The notes under the pieces: model-generated
The model's database searches: none
Told to the model about the DNA's origin: nothing
The model's input: the letters and a program-made list of their open reading frames with translations, nothing else
Assembly (NCBI RefSeq): GCF_009914755.1
Contig: NC_060933.1
Origin: the human T2T-CHM13v2.0 reference genome, Homo sapiens
Strand: one strand, 5' to 3'
Length of the DNA stretch: 64,000 nt
Part shown: positions 42,431 through 56,750 of the stretch, piece after piece
How positions within the stretch are numbered: position 1 is the first letter of the stretch
How the letters are laid out: each line of letters opens with the position of its first letter
Position numbers and translations under genes: made by a program

Positions 42431-43459
42431 TGATGGGAGCAGAAAGGGAACAGCCTGATTATCTCCTGGCCTGTGGTTCTGAGTCTGGCCACAGCTCCAG
42501 GCCAAGCCAGGAAGGCTCGGGGAAACTGAGTCTGAGTGTGGCTCTCTAAACATCTAGTTCTATGGGAGGTGCAATCCAGAGTCTCTGCTCCAACCAGTGG
42601 AGCAGAAAGTTACCCCGGGAGAACCCAAAGGCCAGGATTCCAGCTCCCACTGTGCAGCTCACTGACTGGCGACTTGGCCACCCTAAGCCTCCATTTCTAC
42701 ACCTACCAATGTGGATGGTGATTAAATCCACCTCATGGTGTTGCTGAAAAAATGCAGTGAGCCACTGTCAGTGAACATGCTTTGGCAATGGGGCAGGCCT
42801 GTGCTCATAGGAGGGAGGGTTATCATTTATTTGGATGGACTGAATTGGGGATTTTGCCTTTTGATGTTCATCTGTTGGGAGAGAATAATAACATCCCCCA
42901 AGGGAAAGTAGGTGGAATATGCAGGAGGGCCTGGAAGACATCCCTGGGGGCAAGGCAGCCAGGCAAGGTAAGGCCAGTGGGTTGTGAAGGGTCCAGCATG
43001 CTCCAACACTGAGGCCCAGACACCTCACGTCCCTCCTACCAGCCGAGCAGCAGGTCACACAAGAAGATGTCTGCAACTGTGGAACCCAGTTCCCTGGGGT
43101 TTAATTTTCTTTGCTAATTAAGTGTCTGAGTCGGACCCCCTGCAGGAGGTATGTGTCTGCAGCTTCATGGATGAGAATAATAATAAAGCCCTAGAATCAC
43201 AGCTTCAGAGGGGTCCTGAAAGGACTTTTCCTAGAAACAAACAAACATATCTTTTATCTTCCTCTCTCTACGAATCTAGGCTGGGTTGCAGGAAAGATGG
43301 TGTCAGAGGGCCCCAAGCTTTGTTATCTGGAAGAGAATGACCTGGCGGATTGGGAGGTCTGGGTGATCACTCTGACTGAGAAGCCAAGGATGAAATACAA
43401 GGTGAAGAGTAGCAAAGAGACAAGATTGGGGTGGATGCAATAGTTAGTGGACAAGCCTA

Positions 43460-43956
43460 ACTGTTGTGAAGTCTGAGCTCAAGTAGGGATCATAGCCATG
43501 GAGCAAAGGGGATGAGACTTGAATCACCTAGACTTGGTAACCCATCCAGGAAGCATGAGGAACAGAAATAAGATGCTGTGCACAAATATTTCTGGTTCCC
43601 CCATTTCTGGGCACATAGTGGGTTTGCAAGTTCTGCTCCCCTTGTGGTTGATGGAGCCATGTGGCCAGCTCTGGCAGATGTGTTGGGAGTGTAAGGGCCA
43701 GATGTCACTTCTTGGCTGAATAGTTAATTATCAGTGTGAGATCCTTCTTCTTCTCCAGGCCCAACAACTGGCAAAGTTTGCAATGGTGGCTCTTCCATTG
43801 GCCTAGGACCCTGAGTGGTTATAGTAAGCGTGGATCACCTGGCAAGCTGCACTATACCTGTAGCATGAACAACAAATAAACCCTTGTTGTTTTAAGCCCC
43901 TAAGAAATCGGAGTTATTTGTTATCAGTATACAACCTAGGCTGTCCTGACTGATAC
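43460..43956 (+). mobile_element. MLT1J-like LTR
   Basis: aaataaacccttgttgttttaagcc...tttgttatcagtatacaacctaggctgtcctgactgataca. Confidence 0.7.
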
Positions 43957-45456
43957 AGAAAATGTGAACTTTATAGCCAGGGGCCAGTGAACACCATCAG
44001 GATAGTAACATCCATATAAAAAAAAAAAAAAAATCCCAGTCCCAACTAAGGGCTTTTTTGCTTTAAGCCAGATTCACTGCCTCCAAACTTGAAAAGCAAT
44101 GAAGACTTTGGAGAGACTGTCTGAAATTTCTCTGTAGCTAACTTTTGCTTTGGGGTCCAGATGCTGGGAAAGAGGAGCCCTGTGTGTGTTTTACATACAT
44201 TAGTCACAGTGCACATGGTCCTGGATGTTGGCCATTGGAACTGGCCTCATATTTTAGCACATGCATCTGGACTAGGCAGATAGAAACCTAGCTATAATGA
44301 GCTTGCCCCTTGTCCGTGACATTTGTGCTTTGTAGAGGGTAAAATGAGGGGAAAATTTTTAATCCTAAAGTCTGTTTGCTTTCAGCACAGTAACTGGGAT
44401 GAGGTCTAGGAGTCTGACTTGGATTTTAACTTCCCAAAAAAGCCTGGGAATGAAGTTAGGAATAAATCAGCCACTCTTTAGAATCTTTTGTGGTTTTACT
44501 CAAATTTACAATTTTCTCTTTCCACTGATGAAGGTAGAATGCTCAGGAAAAATGTTGATATCTTTGTTAGAAAAGAAATGAAGTGCATGCCTGAGGACTC
44601 ACTGTGTGCAGGCCTTGGGTTACCTGCTCCATACATTATCTCCTTCAGTCGTCATATTACCTCTTTGAACGTAATGTATGTTACCTCTTTGAGGTAAGAA
44701 TGTTAATTCTGTTTTGAGAGAAAAAATGCAGAGATGTTTAATACTGGAAAATGTCAATGCCAGGCCATGAATCTAGGCTTGCCAACCCAATAATTCATAC
44801 TCTTTCCCCTATACCACCATGCCTTAGGATTCATGATTCAAGTTATGTCCTGATAAAACAAGTGCAACCCTCTAGTTATTGCTGTGTCTAGAGAACAGCG
44901 TAGTAAAGAAGAAACCATCGTTTGCAGAATCTGTCAGACCTGTTCAAATCTTGGGATGACTACTTAGTGGTGATGTGACTTCTGGTGAGTTACACTACAC
45001 TCCTGAGCATCTGTTTCCTTAAATGAAGCAGAGACTAAAGGGAGGTATGTGGTGATGATAACTGAGTGAGCAGGTAAATGGTCAAGATAATTTTAAGTAG
45101 TGGCAAAGGCCATTAAAGATGTAAACCATGAAGCTGTGATAGAGGTTGGACGACAGTTGATGGCGAGTTGGAGTCAACTGCATTTGACTGGGTGGTCAGA
45201 GAAGACTTCACTGAAGAGGGGGTGTCTGAAATAGAATTTGGTTAACAAGAAAAAAGACAGGCTTAGAAGATCTAGGGTTGGAGCAATCCAAGAGACCGTA
45301 GCAAGTATAGAGGCTGTAAGGTAGGAGTATGCCTAATGTGTTTGAAGAACAGAATAAAAGACCAAAGGTTTGCTTAGTTTAGTCATCCCACAACATATAC
45401 CTATTTCAAAACAACATGTTATCTGACATAAATATATACAATTTTTATCTGTCAAT

Positions 45457-45902
45457 TGATAGGGTTTGGATATCTGTCCCCTGAAAATGTCAGGTTGAAA
45501 TGTAATCCCCAGTGTTGGAAGTGGATCCTAAGTGGGAGGTATTTGGATCATGGGAGTGGATCCCTCATGAATGGCTTGGGTCATCCCTTTGGTGATGAGT
45601 GAGCTCTTGCTCTGAGTTCACACAAAATCTGGTTGTTTAAAAGTGTGTGGGCCTCCTCTTTCTATTTCTCTCTCTCTCTCTCTCTCTTGCTCTCTCACTC
45701 AATACCTCTCTTGCCGTGTGACTGCCTACTCCCCTTTCATCTTCTGCCATGATTGTGAGCTTCCTGAGGCCCTCATCAAAAGCAAATGCCAGCAACATAC
45801 TTCCCATACAGCCTACAGAACCATAAGCCAATTATACCTCTTTTCTTTATAAATTTCCCAGCCTCAGATATTCCTTTATAGCAACACAAACAGCCTAACA
45901 CA
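45457..45902 (+). mobile_element. MSTB-like solo LTR inserted in a short L1MA 3' end (about 45368-45965), itself inside L2
   Basis: tgatagggtttggatat...cctaacaca; TSD tcaat/gcaat; L1MA tail resumes after LTR. Confidence 0.85.
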
Positions 45903-46237
45903 GCAATTTTAAAAATAAAAATTAATAATTATTATTAAATAAATAATAAAAAATAAATTTTTAAAAAGACTACTGGTGGGGCAAAGTAATGAGAAAGGGA
46001 AAGTTGGAGGGATAGGTGAGAACTCAAGGCAGCCAGGAGGGCCCAGAGAGCTGTGTGAGCCATGATCAGGCAGTGATGGGTCAGTCTCACCTCTACCCTG
46101 TACTTGTTTTCTGAAATTTGGCAATTTAGAAGATTCCAGGACAGGGCCTCTTCACCAAAGACAGGTGAATGAGAATGACTATACCTTAGGAAGCAGATTT
46201 GGTGAGTCCCTATAAGTATATAACCTATGGCCAACAC

Positions 46238-46650
46238 TGTATTTTTCTAGGGAGATGCCAGCTTCTATAACAAATAAATCCCTTCCTGCCCAGGTAACAG
46301 GTCAATGTGGGTGCTTCTGGTTGGCAGGTAGCTCTCTGTGTGATTCAGTGACCCAGGCTCCTTCTGTCTTGTGGCTCTGCCATCCCTTAGGGCCTTGGAG
46401 TCCTCTGCATCTGGCTCATGAAAAAGGAAAATGAGTGTGTGGATCAGGCACAACCTCCTCTTAAACACTTTCGTCTAGACATGACACACATTGCTTCCAC
46501 TCACAATCCAATGTCAAGAACTAATTACATATTCCCCCGTAGATGCAAGGGGTGCTGGGAAATGTAGTTTTTGATTGGGTAGCCATTCCCTAGAAACAAC
46601 CCTGCACTAAGGAAGAAAAACATAAATTCTGGTAAACATTATGCCATAAA
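46238..46650 (-). mobile_element. MLT1K-like LTR
   Basis: gattcagtgacccaggctccttctgtcttgtggctctgccatccc...tgctgggaaatgtagt. Confidence 0.7.
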
Positions 46651-49243
46651 TACTGAAGGAAGAGAGTTGCTATGGTCCATTTGTGTTACCATAGAGGTGT
46701 AAAGTCGGGCTACATGCAAACCAGAAGACCATTGCCTACCCTGTGCCCTGAAGCCCTGCACAGGAACTTCACATGCCATGTGCTTCTTTGGGCTTAAGAA
46801 CCCTCATCTGCAGGTCACTAGGCCTGGGATCTAGGCTGACTCTTCATGAATGACCTTAAGCCAGTCGTTAAACTCATGCCTTTTTCTCAGCCTCAAACTT
46901 CTCATCTGGGAAAAAGAAAATCGGTAACAGTTGAATCTCAAGGGGTCTTTTCACCCTTGGAAGCCCATGATCCCACGACACAGAGGGTTTTCCTTGCCCT
47001 CTGGCTGCTTACAATCTAACTTGGAACATCAGATTGGCTTGTGGCTCCTGCGTAGGTAAGGGCCATGTGGTTTAGGATGAGAGGAAGAAAAGGAGGTGCC
47101 TGGTATCTGGAACAATGGAGTGCCCCATGCTTACGTCCCTAGTGGCGTCATCTCTGCCTTCATAGTGATAAGCGGGAAAGACAAGTTCCTTTCTCACTTG
47201 AAGTCCCTTCCACAGATTACTCGAGTCTAATACACATGGTTGGGAATTTGCAAAACCATATACCCTTCTATTGAATAGACTTGGAGCAGTCTGTTTCCAG
47301 AGAATGCCTGGCAAAGGCAGAGAGGTAGAGAGTGAAAGAGGTGAACAATCAGAGGGACTAGTGTGTGAAGAGACAGAAAAGCAGACAGACATTCAGACAA
47401 GTTCAAGGTAAGAAAAGAAAGAGCAAGTCAGGCCAAAAGTCCAGGGTGGAAAGGAGAAGGGAAGGGGAAGGAGGAGATACTGGATGGGTAGGCCCAGGCT
47501 GGAGGTATGGGTGCAAAGAAGACAGATACACAGAGAGACAGACTGCTTGTCCAGGGTACAAACAGAAGCTTCCCACACCCAGCCATGAAATAGAGATGCA
47601 GAGGCACCCACTGAGACAATGGTGTAGGGAGACAGATGGTAGTTAGTTCCAGGGAGACATGATTCCAATCAAGCCCATTGAAATGGATGTTGGCAAGTTC
47701 AGGAGGCAGCAAAGCGTGGGATTGGGAGGAGGTGGGAGGGGAGGGTCATGGCAGAACAGGTTGGGTGAGCTTCTGCCAGGGACAGGGCTAGGCGGCTGCT
47801 GATGAGATCGCAGCAGCATGGCCTCAGCGGGAAGAGCCCTCTGCCCACCCTCCCACTGCAACTGGACTCACCTGACAGTGGAATGAGTAATGAATTCATT
47901 AAAACCTCAGTACCCGTTCCTGAAAAGAAGATGAATGTGGTTGAGAAAGGGAAGGTGCGTGCCTGCGTGTGTGTGGTGCCCACAGCAGCCCTGGCACCCT
48001 GCTTAAAGCAACCACATCCTTCCCCTGCTTAGAAGTCTCCCATGGCTCCCCATCAACACTGAGGGTCAAGTCTAACCCCTTGGCCTGGCATTCAAGGCCT
48101 TTCCAGAGCTGGTCCCTGCTGCCCTCTTTGACCTCAGTTTGTACCACTTCCCTTTCTTACAGAGAAGCCAGTCTTTTCAACCTGCTTGTATCTCCCCACA
48201 AAGGCACAACTGTTGTGTGAGGCTGTCATTCCCTAGGAGGTCCACTCTGCCTGGAATGCCCTTCTCTGCTCACAGGTGTGTTTGTGTAGTAAGCTACTTA
48301 AATCACCATTCTGAACCTTGCTCCGGGTCTCTTCCTCTGTGGGGCCTCCCCTTGGCGGCAGAGCTGGCCGTGCCTGCTCTGTGATATTTAGGCTCCAAGA
48401 AGTCCTGTTACAGAATTGATCATTGTGAATATCGCTAGATGCCCACTTCTCTGTATCTCTGTATTTCATTCAAGTCTATATCCAGGAGGCATGCATAGTG
48501 AGGTTAAGTGCAGAATTTTACAATTGCAGGACACCATGGATTCAAATCCCTGGTTACACTACCTCAGAGGGGTTGGGACCCTGGGCAAGCCACCTTGCTA
48601 AACACTGGTTTTCTGGAACTGTGAAGTAGGGATGAATATATCTACCTCCAGGTCTGCTCTAAGGAGAAAATGAGATAATGTTTGCTTGGTGGAGTCAAAA
48701 AATAAGACGTGTTAATAATAGCACCAGATTTCAGGAGGTAAGAAGGGGGCTCTGATTTTTCAGACTTATGAGTGTGGGACAACCTGTCCCAGTCCCACTC
48801 CTGGCTCTGCCCCTCACCAGCCATGTACCTTGGAGGTGTGACTTCTTCCCTCCCAGCTTCAGTTTCCTCACATGGAAGATGAGGATAATAGTTTTCCATA
48901 TGTCACAGGGTCATTACAAGGATTAAAGAAGATTTTGCAGATTGCAAACCTGAAGTGCCGGACGGTGCCTGGAATTGAGGCAGAAAGTTCAAAGTAAATG
49001 TGGGTGTGAGTTTTGGAAAACACCTTGATAAACTATTTGGGTGGAAGGAAACCAGAAGGCAGGTCTGGAATTCAGGGCCAAGGGAATACAGAATTGCTCT
49101 GCATTAGTAAAGAAGAGGCCGCTCATTCTCTTTTGTTTCCTTCCTTCTCTCCTTCCTTCCTTTCTGTATGTTTTGTTTTGTTTTGTTTTCAGGTTTGATA
49201 TGGCATGTCATGTGGTGACTTTTTCTTTTTAAATGATGTCAAG

Positions 49244-49365
49244 AGCCAGGCATGGTGGCACAATTCTGCAGTCCCAGCTACTCGGGAGGCTGAGGCAGGA
49301 GGAGCACTTGAGCCCAGGAGTTCAAATCCAACCTTGGCAACTAAAAATAGGTAAATAAATAAATA
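49244..49365 (+). mobile_element. Free Alu monomer (FLAM_A-like)
   Basis: gccaggcatggtggcac...gtcccagctactcgggaggctgaggcaggagga-cacttgagcccaggagttc, A-rich tail. Confidence 0.8.
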
Positions 49366-49898
49366 ATGATAGACTTATGATTGGCTGGCTGGGTAGTTGG
49401 TTGATTTGTTGGCTGGCTGGGTGACTGGTTAGTCTGTGAATTGGATGGTGCATTGGCTGGTTGTTTGACAGGGAAGGGAGGAAAGAGAGAAGGGAAGAAA
49501 GAAGCCAGAGAGCTGAGGAGATGACCAGACTCTATGTAAGGTGGGATGGCCAGTACAGAATGCCCAAGAGTAGGGCAGTGAAAAAGCTCCTTTAAGAACT
49601 GGGGTGGCTGATATCCCTTGCTGCTTTCATCACCACAGCTTCAACCATCTCTCTTTTTTTTACCTTAAAGACCAGTGTGACAGTAAACTTAAGTCATCTC
49701 TGTGGCTGCAAACCTTTTGAACAGTCCATTACAGGCCCATCAGTGATTCTTTGTGGAAATCAAGTAATAAGACTGAGTTCCAAATCTTGAAACAGGAACA
49801 TGTGCAGAAAGTCCTTCCAGAAAGTGAACTGACTCAGTGGAAACAGAAACTCAGAGCTAGAGATGCCCTTGAGTGAACCCCTCCCCATGAAACATACA

Positions 49899-49932
<34 letters not shown>

Positions 49933-50127
49933 TGCCCATATATATACATACACACACTGCCCCGGAAATACAGAAACCATGAGGAGGGTTTTGGACTTTC
50001 TATAAATCCTGAAGGATCCAAATTGATCTTATCTAGCTCTTAAGAAGTAAAGCATGGCCCTCTGATATTTGAGTTGAATGAGAAAATTGCTTAGCCCAGT
50101 GCTTGGCACTTAAAATATGCCCAATCA

Positions 50128-50483
<356 letters not shown>

Positions 50484-51569
50484 TCAGTAGAAATGGTCAT
50501 GGTAAGCCTCTAGTATAGACAATAGGGTGAAGTTGGAATTAATTTCATGGGGTGACCTAGTCAAGTCCTTAGATGTTTGAGTCATCTCCTACCCTGCCCC
50601 TTCAGTACCTGGTAAGCAGCCCTTGTATACTTTTAGGAACTGGGACCTCACTCTCTCTCCAGAAGCCTGTCTTGCTGTTGGATGACTCTGGCTGCTGGAG
50701 GTCTTCTTTATATGGATTTAAAGCCGGGATTCCTGTGATTTTCACCCACTGGTTTTTCACAGATGTTCTCGTCTCTTACGTGTAGGTTTTTTTGTTGTTT
50801 CAGGCTTTGCTTTTTTATGTCACAAGAAATGTTGAAACAGTTTTTTCCAGCTGTGTAATCTTCCTTGTCATTTTTGCAGGCTTTTAGCAGGCCCTGCTGG
50901 CATCTTTCAAGCTTATCTCTAATTCCAAATACATTAAAGAGGGGAAAAGAAAAAGGAAAGAGAGTAAAGTGTTTGGAGTCAAATAAAGTTACATATACAT
51001 TTTTTTTCTAACTTGTAGGGCAGTCAATATGCTTTTACTCTGGTACCAGCTCTTTCTTTTTATAAACCTCCACCACGCCAAAGGCAGTGATGCAATGGAA
51101 ACCGGCCTGGACCTAGTAGCGGGAGGTCTGGGTTCCAATCACAGCACTTCCCCTCATGAGCTGGGTGACCCTGAGCAACCCACCCATCCCCTCTGAGCCC
51201 AGGAATAACAATGCCTACCTTGAAGTCATGGGTGGATTAAAGTATTTAGAGTGCTTAAGCCAATACCTGACACAGGCTGTGTGCTCAATGAATGGCAAGA
51301 TTTAAACAGAAATGTCTCCCTGTTTGATCTCATGGGGCTCTTAGCCTAGGGCAATACAAGCAAAGAAACATCAAGAAGCCTGGAATCTCCTTGAGGTGGT
51401 AGGGTAGAAGCATTTATCCATTTGTTGGTTCAGTCAATATACAGTAAGAACCTGAAGAGTCTTATCCTGAAACAAATTAGGAACATGGATGGAAAACATG
51501 GATGGGCAGTAATGTACACTAGAGAAAACGCCCTTGACAGCAGATATATCTGATTTTGAACCCTTGCCC

Positions 51570-52335
<766 letters not shown>

Positions 52336-52647
52336 CATTCGTGTTCCTAATTTGTTGCAGCATGGAACACTTCAGGTTCTTGCCACATACTGACCTAAAC
52401 CAATAAATGGATAAATGTTTATCCCCAGCCATTTCAAGGAAATTCCAGGCTTCTTGGTTATTGGGACCAAAGATCTCTTTGGTCACACCCTGTGACCTTG
52501 GCCAAGTCACCCTGCATCTCTGAGCCTTGGTTTTCTCATCTCAGGAACAGACATAGCAGGAGTTCCCACCATGTAGAGTCATCGTGAGGGTTACTGAAGT
52601 AACTTACATAGAGCACTGAAAAGACTAGGTGCTCTTTAAAAGTCTGC

Positions 52648-52735
52648 TGCAAAAGTAGTTGCGGTTTTTGCCATTAAAAGTAATGCCATTAAAAGTAATG
52701 GCAAAAACCGCAACTACTTTTGCACTAAACTAATA
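52648..52735. mobile_element. MADE1 (Hsmar1 MITE) palindrome
   Basis: tgcaaaagtagttgcggtttttgccatta...taatggcaaaaaccgcaactacttttgca, ends ctaata. Confidence 0.93.
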
Positions 52736-53650
52736 GTAGTCCCTTATCCTCCTATACCTATGTCTAGGACACATAAGAGTACACATAAAATTAAAGAAAT
52801 GTAAGGATTACCCTTAACAAGGCAGTTTAATGCAGTGGTTGTGCAAGAGGAACTCAGAGTCCGAAAGCCTAAGTTCAAAGCCTGACACCCCAACTTTCCT
52901 CTGGAGAACCTTGGGCAAGTTGCTTAACTCAAGTGACCAGGCCTCAGTTTCCACATCTGTGAAATGGCCACAGTAACAGTCATTCTAATCTCCTGGGATA
53001 GTTGCAAGAATTAAATGAGGTCTTGTATATAAAGGCACTCAGCATAAAGCCTGGCTCAGAACAAGTGTGCAATGAACTTTTGCTGCTAAACGCCACTATC
53101 CCTAGTGTTTCCTGGTTATAATGGAAAGATCTCATCTCAAATCCCAGCTTTGTCTTTTTTACTTACTGCGTGATCTTGTGGAAATCTCCTTCTCTCTGAG
53201 CCTCATTTTCTTCATAAGTAAAATGGGAATAAAACCTCTATCTTGCAGCACCTTTGTGAGGGTCAGAGGCAACATATAGTGTGTGTCTGGTGTGTAGAAG
53301 GCACTCTACAAGAATCCACACATATATCTGCATGATTTCAAACAAGTCATCTCAGGGCTCTGGGCCTCACTATGTGCTATGTTCCTTGGTGAAATGGAAA
53401 TGTTGTTATACATACTTCCAGGGCAGCAAGTGAATGGAATAGACACCTGCAAGAAGCTCTGGGACAAGACTCTGAAGGCAGCCTTCCTCTCCCATCAGCT
53501 GGATACATATTGTAGAGCCATTTGGCCCCAGTTAGCTTTCACACATCAAGGGTCCGAGTTCAGGAGATGCTGCCCCCAGCACCAGGAGGAGAGATAGGAG
53601 CCTTTTATATGAAGGTCATTAACCTGGGTCTGTGCGATCTGCAGTGTACC

Positions 53651-53675
53651 TGTGTGTGTGTGTGTGTGTGTGCGC

Positions 53676-53704
<29 letters not shown>
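53651..53704 (+). repeat. (TG)n(CG)2(TG)n alternating purine-pyrimidine tract
   Basis: Direct read. Confidence 0.95.
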
Positions 53705-53706
<2 letters not shown>

Positions 53707-54169
53707 GCCAGAAAAACAGGGACTCACTAAGTCAAATTTTTACACTGGATCTCCAGGTGGGCAGCAGCCCTGTCTGTGGTTTATAAATCGCCCTCAGAAA
53801 CTGGTCTGGCCAGCTGCCCATGGAAAGATGGAGAATTGTTAAACACAGGCAGAACCACCTGGCCTGGGTTCCAAATTCTGATCGTGAGAAGGACTTGGGG
53901 AGCCAAAGGAGGGGAAAATTTAGCTCTGTAGGCTGAGATCCATGCAAGGAATCTCTTCCACTGTCCCAACACGACAGGCTTAGTCCCACTTCCAGACCAC
54001 TGCCTCCACTGTTACCCCGGCTGGGGATGCCCTCAGCACCCCTCTTCTCTGCATACCCACCCTGTAACTTTGACCCACCCAAACTCCATAAATTCTATGT
54101 CTCCTTGAAGTCTTTGTTGAATACTAACGATTATCAAATTAAACTTTTTTCTTCTGCATTTTTCATGTG

Positions 54170-54430
54170 AAGTCATGTATCACTTAAGGACGGGGATACA
54201 TCCTGACAAATGTGTCAGGTACAGCCTATTGCTGCAGATTAAAAACCTGTATGATATGGTACTGTACTGAATACTGTTAGCAATTGTAATGCAATGATGA
54301 ATATTCATGTAACTAAACATATCTAAACATAGAAAAGATACAGTAGAAGTGTGGTATTATAATCTTATGAGACCACCATTGTATATGTGGTCCATCCTTG
54401 ACTGAAATGTCATTATGCAGCACATGACTG
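54170..54430. mobile_element. Tigger3a-like MITE, internally deleted
   Basis: Termini agtcatgtatcacttaaggacggggataca / gtcattatgcagcacatgactgta. Confidence 0.85.
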
Positions 54431-54799
54431 TACATTATCTCTCTTACACCTTCAGGCATGCTGTGTGGGGATAGAATTATCCCTTATTTTAACAATGAAA
54501 GAGACCAAAGTTTCCCAGCTGGTCATCTTGCCCAAAGTCACACAGAGATGGTCTCCTACCTAAACAAATAATCCTTTTTCTGCCACACTGTGGCTGCTCC
54601 ATTTGCACTCCCATTTCTTTTTTCTTTGAATTAACTTTGCATTATTGATATAATCCCTATCATCTAGCATTTGATTCAACCCCAGCCAGAATTATTCCCT
54701 AATGGTTTGGTAGGTGCAAGCATGTTGAGAGTGAGGATTCTGTCCTCTCCATCACACATGTCCATCCCTCAGGCCACCCAGCTGGGTGTTGGACACTTT

Positions 54800-55430
54800 A
54801 GTTGTAGTGGTCAGCAGCTACGTCGGTCTGCTCAGCATGGTTTTCCTCCTTCTTCCAAGAAATGGATCCTCTCTCACTTGAGTCATGTGGCTGAGGTTGG
54901 GAGATGTCTTTCTGAGTACCTGGAAACTCTTGTGCAGGAGGCTACATGCATGACTCAAGACAAGCCAATTAGAGTCTTTTCCAGATTGATTGGACCTCTA
55001 TATGTTGTAGCCACACATGGATCAGAGACTGGGAGAACTACCCCCCATCTCCAAATTCTCACCATTTTCAGAGCTCACAGACAAACTATAGTCCTCAGTT
55101 TGCCTTCGCATCTTGATGGGGCCATGGGTCTATTTTTCATTAATAGAATGTGACAGAAGTGATAAGTGTGGCACCATCTGGCCCAGGCAGTAAAGAGTGT
55201 CTGCATCTTTGCCGTTATCTATTTCTGCGGGTAAATGGTGAGAGAGTCCATGGACCTAGAGAAGAGCAGAGCTACAAAGTGGGAGGAGCCTGGGTGCCTG
55301 GATGACTGTATGGAGCAGAGCAACCCCCATCCCATGCTGTACTGTGGCATGAAAAAGAAACAAGCTTTAATTCCAGGCTAAGCCCCTGAAATGTCTGGGT
55401 TGTTTCAATCATTAGCCTACACAGACCAGT
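54800..55430 (+). mobile_element. Old MLT1 LTR(s)
   Basis: gggagcctgggtgcctggatgactgtatggagcagagc...aagcccctgaaatgtctgggttgttt. Confidence 0.6.
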
Positions 55431-55581
55431 AAAATGTAAACACACAACAATTTCTGTCTTTCTGATACTTATATAGAAAAGTACCAAACAGATAAGTTAG
55501 GGCCAGATAATGGAAGGCCTTGTTTGCCAGTGTTTGTCAGTGTTCATAAAGCCAGTAAAGAATTTTAAGGAGGTGGAGTGA

Positions 55582-55657
55582 TTTCTAGAAGGAAGAAAAA
55601 GAAGATCGTTTAAAATAGTTTTCTAGAAGGAAGAAAAGGAAGATCATTTAAAATAGT
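55582..55657 (+). repeat. 38-bp tandem duplication (36/38 identical)
   Basis: tttctagaaggaagaaaaRgaagatcRtttaaaatagt x2. Confidence 0.9.
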
Positions 55658-56149
55658 AACAACCATATATTGAATGCTTCAAAGTACAAAATACTATATG
55701 CCAGCACTTCATTAACACTCTCTCATTTCATCCGCCCAAAACCACATTCCCCATTTAACATATAAGGAAACTCAGTCCCGTGGTGTGCAATAGTTAAACA
55801 GCAGAACCCAGAGTCAGACCCAGCCCTGCCTATCTCCAAAGCTTGAGCTCTTTTCATTAAACCATATCACCTGTTAAGATTATTAGTTTGGCCCAATGTC
55901 TTTTCATATAGTTTTTTGTTTGTTTAGTTTTTCAGCAGTGGCTACATATTACTTTTATAATAGTAAAATGCACACTTAAATACACACCAATACAAAAATA
56001 AGTAAATAAAAGTTAATCTGGCCACAGAAGAGCATGCAAAATCCAACAGCCCAGTCACCATGGGGCTTGTCCTGACCAACACTTACATGTTCAGGAGAGC
56101 TTCTTCCAAGGACGCACCTTGTGTATCCAAGGCTTATGTGCATTCTTGG

Positions 56150-56750
56150 AAGAAGCTCTCCCAAACATGTAAGTGATGATCCAGTTGAGGAAAAGTGACA
56201 GCATCCTGTATTGCAATTTTCAATCATTCCAAGAAAATAAAGATTTCACACGAGTCTTCTAATTGCCGATTTGCAAACAGTATCTATGTAAACTCTGATT
56301 CCCATCACTTGCTAATCAGGTTGGGTTTGGAGAACCAAGTTAGGTTTGTTGTTTCGTTTCCTGCAAGAAGTCCTCTCTTCTGCTACCCACAGCCTCTCCC
56401 CCCGAGCCCCTCTCTTTCTTCTCTGTGTCTGTTTATGTCTTCCTGGTTTTCAATTTCTTAATGATGTTTTAACGAGATGCCAGTTACACATGCAAATTGG
56501 AAAGAGGCGACATTGAGAGATTGCTACCTGGTGGTAAATTTATTAAAATCAAGGCAGTTTTAATAACTTCCTTGCATATGCATCCGCCTCCATGTCTGTA
56601 ATATTAGTTTTGGGGGTTTTTTTAACCTTCTTATTAGAACAAGTGTGTTAGGAAAGTGTAAGGTGAAGTCATGAGGAGAAAATCTAATTGTTCCATGAGT
56701 GTTCGACTTGCTCCTCAAAATAGATTTTACAGGCGTAAACTATTCTCTTC
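56150..56750. promoter_or_regulatory. Candidate conserved non-coding element
   Basis: Repeat-free; TGACAG 56196, octamer ATGCAAAT 56490-56497, several TAAT/TTTATT. Confidence 0.35.

Noticed and set aside
49140-49195. Strong-looking splice acceptor (polypyrimidine tract plus ttttcag)
   Set aside because: No partner donor or transcript evidence; simple repeats often mimic acceptors.
52648-52724. Naming this hairpin as a specific MIR548 gene
   Set aside because: I cannot match it to a known mature miR-548 sequence from memory; most MADE1 copies are not miRNA genes.
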